A stretch of 64,000 bases of DNA from Phallusia mammillata (Eukaryota): positions 7,812,001-7,876,000 of the forward strand of contig OZ281499.1 of the NCBI GenBank assembly GCA_965637545.1. The letters run 5' to 3'. Positions 37,017-49,159 of this stretch are shown in pieces. The first letter of the stretch is position 1; each line of letters opens with the position of its first letter. A program made the position numbers and the translations under genes. The notes below the pieces were generated by a model. The model had not been told where the DNA came from, did not search any database, and saw only the letters and a program-made list of their open reading frames with translations.

Positions 37017-40000
37017 ATGGAAACCGAAGTTAAAGCTAAAAGACGCCATGGCACTAAAAGCAACAAGAAAAAGCGAGAAAGTGAGTTCAGTGAAATTCAG
37101 ATTGTAAAATATTTCAGCCTTTTTTACCGCAGAACGAAAAAAGGGAGAACCAAATCTAGTAAAACCAACAGAACATGTTAAGAAAAACAATCGGCCAAAC
37201 TACTTCATAGGAACACGCTTTTGTAACCCAGAAATTGTAGGTAAATGATCTTCTGAGTCATAGTCTATGACTCTATAGTACAAATAGTTGCTTATACTGA
37301 ATACACCTAATTAATTTTATTTAGTGACATTGTTTTAAGGTTAGTTGAAATTTCATGGGTCCAACTACAATTATGTTTAATAAACTTCAGGAAAAATACT
37401 CGCGGTACAGGAACATGTAAAATCACAACTACACTTTTTAGCAAAAGCATGTGTGCCAATTGAAACTACTCATGTAACTTTGGCTGTTATGCATTTGGAG
37501 GATGATTGTGCAGTAGAAAAGTAAGAAGATTGTTTCTTCCTATAGTAACTACCACAATATGTTTTAATATTTAGGGCAAAATTATGTCTTAAAATGCTTA
37601 TCACACATAAATCATTGCAAAAATAATTTGATAAACACCTCTTAATTTGGCAGTTATTTGTTGTAGAGCCAGTACAATCCTGCAAGAATGTAAACACAAA
37701 ATATCCAATCAATTGGAAAATACAGATTTTGAAGTCAAAGTAAAGGATCTAGGACACTTCAGACATCAAGTTTTGTTTGCCAAACTCGAGGAAGATGACA
37801 ACTTTCAGAAATTAGTAGAAGTTGCACGTACATACGAATTTGTGTGTGTAGCATGTATCTCTGAAAATTGTACAACTGTGTAACAACTAAAACTGAGTTG
37901 ACATTTTGTGTATTTTTGCTGGTTTGAAAGGTTTTTATCTCCATTTTTTATTATCCAGAATTACTGCAAAGTGAATTTCAAGGTTTTGTTCGGGAACGAG
38001 ATAATTTCCAACCACACCTGACAATACTTAAACTATCAAAGATGAGGCACACTGGAAAAAATAAAGTAAGATTTCAGCAAACATATTAAAAAAAGAAAGT
38101 ATCTTAGAATGGTTTCAAATGGATTATTATTTGATGGCATCAAGTTTAACTGATACTGATTTCCAGATAAAGAAAATCGACTCTGGTCTATACAGAAACT
38201 TTGCCAAGCTACATTTTGGAAAACAATCCATTCAAAGCATTGAATTACTTTCGATGGTGAAGAAAAAACAACCAGATGGGTATTACTTCAGTGAGTCAGG
38301 AATCTCCATTGGTAAGCTGGACATTTTCACAATATAGAATGCATAGCATTACCCATTGTGAAGGTGTGCTGTTAAGAATATATATGTTTTAATTGGATGG
38401 ATTGTACTGTAAGTCACAAAAAGACAACAACTTCACTAAATACGGGAAATAAATAACTTCTTTCTGGGACAATCCCAAATAGCACTGAAACTCAAATATC
38501 AAATGATGAAATACTGTATCCAGTACTCAAGTAGAGTAAAAAAGCCAAAACACTGTTGTTCTTGGCTCAAGTCTCTTATACCAGATAAACCTAATTTTTG
38601 AAAACAATTTAATTTCAGGGGAAAATTCAAGTTCAAACAGTACTTGGTCCATAGATGATTGGGCTGAAAGTGTGGCTGTATGTTGCATTACAACAGCACT
38701 GATGACCCATGAATACAACAACCAATCAAATCTTAATGCATTATTTGCTGATAACCTTGCTACTAATATTATTAACAGTTGTCTGGCAAGCACCACAAGT
38801 ACGTTCAAACTTGATACTTAGAAGTGTGTATTTTTTTCTATTTTGTATGACATCTGCTATCTTGGTGTTATAAGACATTAAGAAAAGTTTTGTGAACACT
38901 CTTTTGCATGAACTAGCTAAAGTCAAGTCAAAACCACCAAAACCGCATTAGAAAATGAACATATGTAAACAACACCAAATTCAATGTCAAAAAAACAGCC
39001 AAGTTTGGTGAGAAAACCACTCCACTTTATAAAACTGTGTTAAGTAGCCTTTAGGTGGCGCACACAACTCACCACCCAAAACAGTAGCAGAAGCTAGAAA
39101 GGCAAAGTGGCAACAAAGCGAACAAAACTTTACACGTGACAAGCTGTCACCATGGCCGGTATTCGTGTTTATCCCAAAGTTCAACCCGGTGCAACCGTGC
39201 ATTCAAGTTGCGTACCGATGCTTTAAAGGCAATTGGTTACTTTGGTCGGCTCAGGAAATCCTGACACGTCGTGCCTATTGATATATTTGACAGACCTACC
39301 CGAACTCCCATGACTTGTGTACTGTTTGGGTGGGTGGGATATTACGTATCGAACCAAGTCTGTAAGACGTGTTAGGTGATCTTGTTGTTGCCTATTTTTG
39401 CGGTATGAAGTCATTGCATTTGGTAGGTTTTATTTTCGTGCTGTGCGACTGGGTAGGTGCCAGACAAAAGATCTAAATATGAAATGCACCTATTTTTGTA
39501 ACCCTTTTTGCACGCAATATGCATTTTTGCTTGGTCTCGTGTGTAAGTCGGTGAACTTTAATGACTGTGGGATTCAATCACAATCAAAATCAAGACAACG
39601 GAAATGACAAAGCATTGCCTTTGTCTCAAAATCTGTCACCACGATTTTTAAAATATTATATCGGCCTATGTTTTTGCAATTGCAAAATCTTTGAGGCATA
39701 ATAAGTTCAGAAGAAATACGGCTTCGGCTCTTTGGGCATTATTAGTAACAAAATTTGAAGTAGTTACAGCCAAATAGTACGTAATAAACGTTTCGCATTA
39801 TTTAAATTCCCTTTTTTTAATTTTCCCTTCCTTAAATAAGTTTAATCCATCTGTTCGGTTCAACCCATTATTTTAAGTTTACATTCAAAACACCACTTAA
39901 AATTTACTGGTCTGCAAGCTTCAAAAGGTAAGAACCACTGTTCTACCATATTTATATTGTATATTTTTGACTTTTTTAAAAAACATTACGTCATTCGTGC

Positions 40001-40320
40001 TTGAGATTTTTAGATACGTATATACATTTCGCCTTTACAGCATTATCAGTATCTGACTTAATGTTATTCATTAACTTATATCAATTGACATATATTATAG
40101 TCTTCTACCATCAAGCAATTAGGTGGGAGATTGTAGTTTAAAGTACCATATATTTTTGGTTTGATTTGTGACAAATAAATGAAAAAAATTTAAGAAAATG
40201 TTGAACATAGGTGCCGCTGGAATGGAAGAAAAACTGCAGAAGTTTCGAGAAACAATCCGAAGCCAAGACGTTTCCAAGAGAATCGAGCAGGAAATCGACT
40301 TACAGCCTCCAGACGTTTAA
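37017..40320 (+). CDS. AKAP7: A-kinase anchor protein 7-like: NLS + 2H (2',5'-phosphodiesterase) domain + PKA-anchoring helices; ~334 aa in this model
   Basis: Exons 37017-37080, 37133-37240, 37391-37520, 37667-37827, 37959-38065, 38167-38311, 38619-38798, 40211-40320; phases all compatible. Motifs RPNYF, THVTLAVMHL (HxT 1), FQPHLTILKLSK (HxT 2), IELLSMVKKKQPDGYY match AKAP7. The 3' end is uncertain: read-through of exon 7 stops at 38821. Confidence 0.8.
39927..39940. mobile_element. Isolated Charlie-type TIR (right end)
   Basis: ggtaagaaccactg is the reverse complement of a CAGTGGTTCTTA(A)CC terminus; no partner end was found. Confidence 0.4.
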
Positions 40321-41577
40321 AAAGCTCCCTGTTGCCACATTGCGGATAGTAATAGTCTAGTTCGAGTGTAGTATGTGGTCAATTCCCCACAGATTTCATC
40401 GACTGGTAGAAGGCTGCGGTTGAAACAAACTATCATTGAAGGAGACTTCGTTTTTGCATGACAAAACACATTTTGGATTTGAAGTCGGTATTACACAAAT
40501 TAGATCCTTTTTAACTTTGACTAATTATATCCCGTGTCGTAGTGCCTAGGTTCGATTGTTTCCATTTCATACATTAAGCGTATAATTAAAACAAACGTAA
40601 TGTCCACAAAAGGCGTTCCATATAACTAACTAAATGTTGCACAAGCGAGCTTTTTCTAAATGCCAACTTTACGTAAATGCCTTACTAATATTTATATGGT
40701 TAAATATATAAGTTATAAGGCAAATACATCGTATTATTTGTAATGATAAGAACTTCAAGTCATAGTGATAAAAAATTTAAGTCATAACCCCCAGTGCTGT
40801 CGCTTTGTTATGGTGTAGTTATCAAACAACCTAAACGTATTGTCACGGTCATTACGTTAGATGTTTGTCATGTGGTAAATTTTCCATTGTGCCAAATGTT
40901 TGCTATTGGCGGGCACCAATTTAAATGTGTTTCCTGTGTGGTAGTGCGTGTTAGGCTACTTTGCTCGATATGGTTACACATTTAAGGCCTTTCGTTTGTC
41001 AAACGTTAAGGGAAAAAAACAGCTGTGGCAATGTAGGCCACGTTGGATTTCATTTCGATTCTACACATACCTTACAGATAACTAGTGATCGCAAAAGTAG
41101 CGTAATTACAAATCAAGGTAATTGTAAATTGGTTTACGAATCTTCGAATAAAACAACAACCAAGTAAAAGCTAAAAAAGTGCTAGTTTGTAGACTTTCAG
41201 AATAGAAATGTCCTTACTGGGACAAACGTACATCAGCGTTTAACAACATTTTAATGTTTGCCTTCAAAGCTGTTAAGTACCAACTACAAAGCTTCAATAA
41301 TAAAAGTCGTCGCGCCGTAAAATTTGTCATCACCATTTCTGAAGCGTTTGATGGTAAAGTTTTACAACAAGTTTAGTGGAAAATTCAAGCCTTCAGCTGC
41401 ACATTGTCGAAAGGTTTTGCGGAATAACACCAATTCAGTTGTTCTGATTTCTTTTTAAAGTTAAGGACAAATTCGGAATTTAAGGTTGTGTTTTCGAAGT
41501 CATATTTGTCTGTTGTAAGTTAAATTTGTTTCTTGAAAGTGGTTCATTGTAAGATTGTTGTATCAACTTCGTTAACA

Positions 41578-42399
41578 ATGGACCCTGCTGCGCAACGAGA
41601 CCAAATGATTCAATTCGTTTTTCAAAACATCAAATCAAAAATGCACGACAGTAAGTAAATTTATGTAACCATTTTGAATGTTGTGTTGGTAATGTGGTAA
41701 TAAAAGGAACTGATTTGTTTGTTAATCTGCATATTTTGTTGGTTTATGATCATTTTGGTGTTGAAACGGACTCCTATGTTACAATTTCGTGCGAAATATA
41801 TGAATTGAGTGTCATTAACATTTGTTACCTCAAAGGTTTTTGTAGCGATATTACTAGTGGTAATTTGACTTCCCGAACAGTATGTTATGTTTAGTCCAAC
41901 TAATGAACGGTGGTCAAAAGTCAAGTAAGTTATAAATTACTTTACAGAGGTGACAACGTGGAATACAAACATGATGATTGCCATCTCGGTTTTATTGGTG
42001 CTTGGATTTGCATTGTCTGTGTGAGTATAATAAATACACGAATTTCAAATACACAATAGAAGTCGAAATTACGTAAAATTGACCAAAATTTAACAAATTC
42101 CGCTGGATGGTAAATTGACGCGGGAAAAACAAGTTCGTTTTTTACTTTGATTTTCAACATCTGCAGGTGTATTTTGGTTTGACGTATTAGAATTGGTTTG
42201 AGTTTTCGAGTGTTGGTTCACGGTTTAAATTTGTAAAGTAAATATTTTATTTTATTACCAATAGCGGACTAAAACATATGCCAAATAAATATGCGTTTTT
42301 TTTATCAGATTGTTTGAAAGGAAACAAAGGCGAGAGATGGAAGCTCGACTAAAAAAGGAAAATGAAATAAAGCTGGATGTAGATGAATCCTTAGCGTAA
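41578..42399 (+). CDS. Unannotated 78-aa single-pass membrane microprotein
   Basis: Exons 41578-41650, 41948-42020, 42309-42399 with strong sites (A|gtaagt, tttacag|, GT|gtgagt, tttatcag|) and matching phases 1 and 2. Protein: MDPAAQRDQMIQFVFQNIKSKMHDKVTTWNTNMMIAISVLLVLGFALSVLFERKQRREMEARLKKENEIKLDVDESLA*. Confidence 0.75.
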
Positions 42400-43890
42400 C
42401 GTGTCATTTTGTTTTACTACGCCATTTTTTGCTACTTCATTTTTGTGTATACTGTGGATATTTTAGTCAAACACGCACCCACGTTAGGTTGTAATAAATA
42501 TGCGCCGATGTATTTATTCTATGCGGTATAATCATTTTTTGCTGTAAGGTGAGTTTCGCAAATCTAATTACACCATTATTCGACAACTAATCAGTTTACA
42601 ACCATATTTTTAAACAAAATAAATCAAGGCCACCAAACTTACAACAGAAGTTTACCGGAAAATTAATGCTTTAAAGTGAAAAAGATTTTTGATAATATTG
42701 GGTCACCTGTGTGATTTTCATTTATAGCCCCATAAAAAGCAATTACCAGCAGGAACGGTGAGGTCGGTGTTCGTTTAACGATTTTCGTTTATGGTTTTAT
42801 GCTTACATGTGGGCTTTAGTAAGCATGAAAAGACTACCAGACAGGGTTGTTGAACTCTCTGTACGATTTTTTTGTTTGTTTAACGACATGTAATAATTTA
42901 TTGTGCCTTTCTACAGAAAACTTTGTACCAACGACAGGTTTCGAAGTATAGGATTATAATCTAAAAAAATTAAAATGTTTTTTTTTGTGTGTGTGTAATT
43001 TATGTAGCCTACCGTGCAAACGCTAAAACAATTATCAATTTTCCGTTACTAATTGTTCTGTCGTTGAAATTACTGTGCGCTTATATTTAAGACTGGTGTT
43101 GGGTGTGGTAGAATAACTTTCGCATAAAAATTAACTTTGCAAATACAATAATTGGATCGTATATTTGCGAGAGTTACACAAACGAAGTCAAAAACAATGT
43201 GTCGCAAAAAAATGGCCAAAAACAACAGCAACATCAATCTTACAGTCCTACAGTGCCACAGTGGTATTATTGCCGGTGTATTGCTAGAATAGATGCCACA
43301 GTCGTTTGACCACGAATTCCTTAAACGACACTGTAACAAAGGTACAAAATTCACTAGATTATTGCGTAGAACGCCGGCGTCACTTGAATCTCTATCGATC
43401 TTGTGGTGAGTCCCCTGGTCGCAACGCTACCACTGCGGATTAAAGTGGTTTTACCCCACACGACTTACAATAGCTGATAATCAAATTCCAACAACGCTTT
43501 CGGGCTTTCGGCAATATTACAATGCTATTTTTCATTCGGATCAGCTTGTTTTGTTGAAACATTCAAATATTTAGGCGAAATATAACTTTATGGATTAATG
43601 GACAGTGCTTGTTAATCTGCTTTTGGTCTGGAAATGTGTTTTAATGTAAATATAAAAACAAATTGGTTTTGATAGTCGGTAGTTTACGCAAACACAAACT
43701 GATTGGAATTGAAAACCAAATTTTAAATGGGATTAAAACACATGCTTGTTGGTCTTAAAATGCCATTTTTTTACGAAAATAAGACATCTTTAACACAAAA
43801 TAGCATGCACTACACTATTACAAAATTACTGTTTACACATGGCCTGTGTGGCGATAAACTTACATACATTACAGCAGGTTTGGTTGATTT

Positions 43891-44328
43891 TAGTGATGGG
43901 ACGATACCAGGTTTTGAAGCGAGTACCGATACCGAGTACGAGTACCACATGTATATACCTTCGATACCGTATCGTATTCGATTACCGAGTACTTAAGTAC
44001 AGTGTTGTACTTGGTTGTATATCACCTGCTAATTTATCTGCCATGGCCGCCGTACAGGCGTGTACACACACATGCCGAAAAAAGTAATCTCCATACGATA
44101 GCGAAAAAAATACGTATAACCTGGCGAAACTTTTTCCCAAATTTGTACTGTCCGAAGCATATATTGGCACAAAGTTTTCAGCGTTCTTATAGTGTAAATC
44201 GGCCTTCGGTACTCGCACGTTGGTATCGAAAACTGAGACAAAATATTTCGATACCGAGTACGAGTATCGATACCACTGAAATCGTTCGATACCATCGATA
44301 CCGAGTACCGAGTACCGTCCCATCACTA
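43891..44328 (+). mobile_element. Non-autonomous hAT element with TAGTGATGGGAC TIRs, copy 1
   Basis: tagtgatgggacg...cgtcccatcacta; perfect 8-bp TSD gttgattt; internal gataccgagtac repeats; homologous to 58601-59004. Confidence 0.95.
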
Positions 44329-46079
44329 GTTGATTTACCAGTTTTTTTAGCGTTTAATCCTAATCAAAGCCGATAAAATTCGAACACATGCTTAAAGGGT
44401 TTATATGCAAATGACAACTCATAATCAGTTTCTTACATGTCGGATACATTGATTTGCGTCTTGCTAAGGGCTTTGATGCGATTAGAATTGGGCTTGAACA
44501 AGACAAATGATTTTCCATTACTGAAAACATGTTCGCGCAAAAGATAATACGTTGATGATAAAAGGTTGATAACGGCCCAACATAGAAGTAAATTGCATGG
44601 GGTTTAAATGCATATTGGAATTCGATTTGAGCGTGGGAACAAAAACGTTTAGCTTTGTTGCGCGTTGTATAACATTTATCGAAGGCAATAGACATAGTAA
44701 TACACAATCAAATAAAATACATTTATCCGATTTGTCATTAATATTGGGAAAGTAGGTATTTTAAGCCCTAAAAAGGTTGTGCATGTTTATTATTTTTAAA
44801 ATATTTGGCCTGGTATTGAGAAAAGTGTATATGCAGTCTCGAAAATATATTTCGTAGTACATGGCCTATTTAAATCTATACCACATTTCGCAAAAGCGAT
44901 AAAAATAAACACGTCTTAATCTTAATCTCATCATCGCTATACTAAGTACAATCAATTTCAATCGCAAGGTCTAATATACTTGCAAAAAAATTTTAATTTA
45001 CAAATGTTATTTCACTTTCGTTTTTTTTTCTGGAAAGAAACTGTAAAATCAGACACTGCATACAAATTTATTTTTAACCAAGCAAAACATCAGAAAATTT
45101 TAATACAACGACGTCTGTAAGGAAAAAGTATTCTGAATTATGCAGAGACGAGAGTTAGAATCCCGAAAAATAAAACAATTTGATTAAGTAGCAACTGCTC
45201 TGCTACCTAAAGAATTGGCAGTGCTTTTTGTCACCAAGGCATCACAGAAGTTTGGCATTACAAAGTCAACGGTAAGAAGTAATTAACTTACCCTTTGTAT
45301 ACGGACATTTATAATTGATGAGTGCGTTAAGAGGTTGTATATATGCGTTACCACTTTAAGTACGCAAGTTATGTGTGTTACAGCCCGTGTGTGACGACCG
45401 AAATCGCGACCCTGGGAATCTAGACTTGCTTAAAACGTTGTCTTTATGCATCCATGCCGACGAGTCATCGGGTAACCGTAATTTCTGGGTAAAAATGGTT
45501 AAAAAGTAACAAAATCATTTGAGCACGAAAGTGTTTTTTTTTCTCTTCTGTTTCTGTGTCGTAGTGAAATTCAAGCCTTTTTTGTGTTGCAGGCTTATTT
45601 TTTTAATTTTGTGCCATACTGTACAGTGTATACCAGTGGCTCACAACCTTTTACGGATCGCATACCACCTGACGACTTTATCTATCGCTGCGAACCACCT
45701 AAACCCTGTACGGATGGGTACACCAATTAATAAGCCTATTCTTCTTGACTCGGCTCGCATATTTACGATACGAGCAAAGTCGGGAATTCTAAAAGAATGC
45801 CCAAGACACGAGTTTTGCCCAAAACCAGGACTAATTAGTTGGGTCAAGTTGCATTTAATGATCTGACTTGAATATGGTATAGCAGAAAACTACTCGGGTA
45901 TACCACATTAAAAGCTCCGGCGTACCAATAATTGTAGACAGACCTCAGGTTGATAACCACTGGTGTGTACGAATAATATACGAAGCACTGTACGCCACAG
46001 TCTTGTCATTTTTTCCACATTTCATTAGAAATACCACAACGCTCCAATAATATTCGGATATGGGTAATTAATTTACAGC

Positions 46080-49000
46080 TTTTAATTGCACACCAAAAAA
46101 TCGATGTCAATTATCGAAATAAAAATTGCCGTGGCGTCGTTTAAACAGCAATCAATTATTGCGTCATAATGGCATTTTTCCATCGAGGAATGAAGCGAAT
46201 ATGGTCGATTAGACCATGCGTAACGATCTATATCTTGCTAATGGAATTAAATATTACAGTCCAATGCGCTAGTGAATGCTACTGGGCTATCGTGACTGTT
46301 TTATTCAGGGTCATAATTAAAGGCGTGATACGGAGGCAAAGCTAGTACAACACACACGTGATTAGCTGTTAAAACAATGCACAAATTTATATTATCCTGA
46401 TCAGAAAGTCCTGTTAACAAAGAGACTTGAACGATATCAAGGGAAAGAATGGTCTGGTCATAAAAGGCGAAGTTAAAAGTTTTTTTTACCAAGTAACGAT
46501 TTCACTCATCTGAGATATACGCATCCCGGCAACATTGTTTTTAGTACATTAGCTCAGCGGCTCTCAAACTTTTTTTAATTTTTTATCATAACGGCCCCTT
46601 CGCAATGATTTCGAGCACTCGCAGTTCAAGTTAAATAAATTTTTAAACTGAAAATACCTTGACAAAATAAAACTGTGGAGTTACCTAATAAAAGTTTTCT
46701 TTTCGAAAGTATTCCTACAGCAAAATATACAGAATAAATTTATTGTAATTTCGTGGGATCACTTTGCGCGGGAATGTTTCAAGGGCAATTCATTGCGTTA
46801 CAAACAAGAAATTGTGCGCGAACAAATGTCTCTTTTTGCTACTTTAAAATAGAGTAAAGGGCCACATTTTGTTAGAAGACTCATTCATTTGTCACTTTTT
46901 GCCTGTAAAGCTACAAGACTTAATGTTACATAAGATTGTAGAAATACTCCAAGCTCCTCGCGGTCCCTCTAAAATCGCTTTGCGGGCCCTTGAAGGACCG
47001 CGAACCCCAGTTTGAGAACCGTTGCATTAGCGGAAAATGATAGTACAAAAAAATGTTGTGTGAAAACAGCCAGCCTAACAAATTATTGACCTTTCGTTCA
47101 AAAGTCTTTTACCCTATGGAACTTACAGAAACGTAAATATTACATTAATATCACCTTTTTGAAACTAACTAAATCTACTTATTAAATACTGACCAATTAA
47201 ATGTTGCTGTCCATAATTTACTTTTTTCAACGCATAGAAAGAATTTTAAAATTTCAAGTGACTTTTTTTGCAAAATACAAAACTTAGTTTTTACTATTTT
47301 ATCATTCAATATTAATTATCACTTATCAGTGTACTGAGAATTGGGAGGTCAAGCCTATAGAAACGTTTTAACAATCAGTCGAGCAAAACGAACAACAAAT
47401 TAATCGTTAATCACATTCGCAATCCGGCTTTGGCATGAGAACACATTTGTTCCTGACGCAAGGCTTAATCATATTTTCTCTGTGCCATATGTTTAAGAGG
47501 CCATCGAAGCGACGAAGACAAAATGCAATTAAAATAATTTACAGCGGCCAAGCGCCCGTCCACCCGCACTAATGCCGTAATTCGAATTAAAGGGGTTTCG
47601 CTGTGCAAGGCGACGGCTTTTCGAGTGGTGTTACCAGGCATTAAGAAATTAAACGCCATTCGCTCTGTCGCACACAAGTCCGCGGTTTATTACGTTGCGA
47701 TATGGCAGCGAGGGCAGCCTGTCAAAAAAGCTTGTGAGCGCAGTTAATCGCCTGCTGCCTTAAACTCCTCGCAATCGATTCCCTGGCAAGCAGTAGCGCG
47801 CGTAATTTGGTGATTAAACTATACATGCGGCTAACAAGGCGAGGTAAACGGTGACCGTCACTGTAGTTGCTTGGGCCAACAACACAAGCGCCATGTTGCA
47901 TAAACGAGAGAACAGCAGCATTGCTGGTGCCAGTCTCTGCAGCACAGAGCAGTGGACAGTTACGCGGCGGAGGAAGGGGTTAAAACGGTTGTGGTACATT
48001 AGAAACAGGTATATGAGGTACATAGAAATAGCAGGCAATCCAAATCATAGATTTAATATGTTGTACTAGACTTGAAGTAAAACAATGCAAAAGAATTGGT
48101 AATTTGGTATTAAACATACTAAATGATCAGATTAAAATTAACTAAATATTGCAAGTATAAAGACGTGGAACCTAGAGCTTTAAGATATCCAAAGGGTTGT
48201 CAGTTGTCATTGCTGTTATTTAGTGTGGCTAATTTTGAACCGAGATTTAATTTAGTTTGCAATAGCAAAAATTTTGATCGTAAAACAGCAAATATTTCTC
48301 GATGCGAGATAATTTTTTTATTTCACATTTCCTGAAATCGAAAACTTGGCCATTGATTATGTGCAAACTGCAAAGCATGTACCAATTGCAGTTGTCTCTG
48401 TCTTATTAAGGTGTAGTGCGTGCGACCAGCTTGTAAGTCAACTTTAATTGAAGTGGATGTGAAAAGCGATGTTACCTTGTCAGGGCAAAGAGTCGTATTG
48501 GGCAGTGACTAATAATTCATGAGGATAATTTGCATTGAACAACCCAAAAGCAATCGACTTCTGACAGGTTAAAATTAACAACAATAACGCTTTCATTTAC
48601 AGTTTTCATTGTGGACTTTGCTCTCCAGCGTGAGCGATGTTACACATAAATAATATAGAGATTATGATTTTCTCTACCTATTTAATTGTAACTTTGATTA
48701 AATGACTCTGCAAATCACCAAATTAGCACTGTGGACCTCTACTTTTTAGTATTTTTAACCGAGGATCCCTACAAAATTGGCCTATTTCACGTTTGAAAGC
48801 GCCAGTATAATCTTGTACAAAACCATGACTCGGCTGTTAACCAAACCAAATTATTAACAACGCATTTTTTTAATTTGTCGTAAAAAATAAATACGAATAA
48901 TCCAAGATAAGTGTGCTAGTGACTCAGGACAGAAAGACGACCAATAACAAAAAATAGACAGCACAATTGTGGAACATGAATCTGGTCTAGATCATTAATC

Positions 49001-49110
49001 GCAATTTACAACGTATGTTTTTTCACATGTGTAGATTCAATTAGGACTGGTTTACCTACTGCACCTTGACTTTGATGTTTTCTGTTCGGCAGTGATTGGC
49101 TTAAGTTAGT
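46080..49110. promoter_or_regulatory. Putative Rx upstream cis-regulatory region with Onecut-like and Otx/homeodomain-like sites
   Basis: ATCGAT/AATCAAT-type sites at 46100, 46150, 47773, 48352; TAATC(C) sites at 47466, 47745, 47812 (reverse), 48898; numerous TAATT cores; CpG-rich block 47460-47960. Motif-only evidence. Confidence 0.4.
46555..47024. mobile_element. Non-autonomous hAT (Charlie-type) MITE upstream of Rx
   Basis: TIRs cagcggctctcaaact / agtttgagaaccgttg; TSD cattagct/cattagcg (7/8). Confidence 0.88.
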
Positions 49111-49159
49111 TATTGTGTGTAGATTTGCCAGAGCCACGCTTTATCGCGAAGCCCCCAAA

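Noticed and set aside
43380-43450. tRNA-like or SINE head on the minus strand (gcagtggtagcg...gattcaagt)
   Set aside because: A and B boxes are degenerate, no cloverleaf could be built, and there is no second copy in the window.
43839-44376. Overlapping 82-124 aa ORFs here and at 58471-59009
   Set aside because: They lie inside the TAGTGATG MITEs and reflect the repeat sequence, not genes.
45200-45285. HTH-psq-like peptide (ASQKFGITKSTVR), possible pogo/Tigger remnant
   Set aside because: A single short match with no other transposase motifs or TIRs.
49115-49159. ORF-track start for Rx at a GTG codon and its extension to 50827
   Set aside because: In a eukaryote the first ATG (49160) is preferred, and the frame is spliced at 50777; the last 16 codons of the track ORF are intronic.
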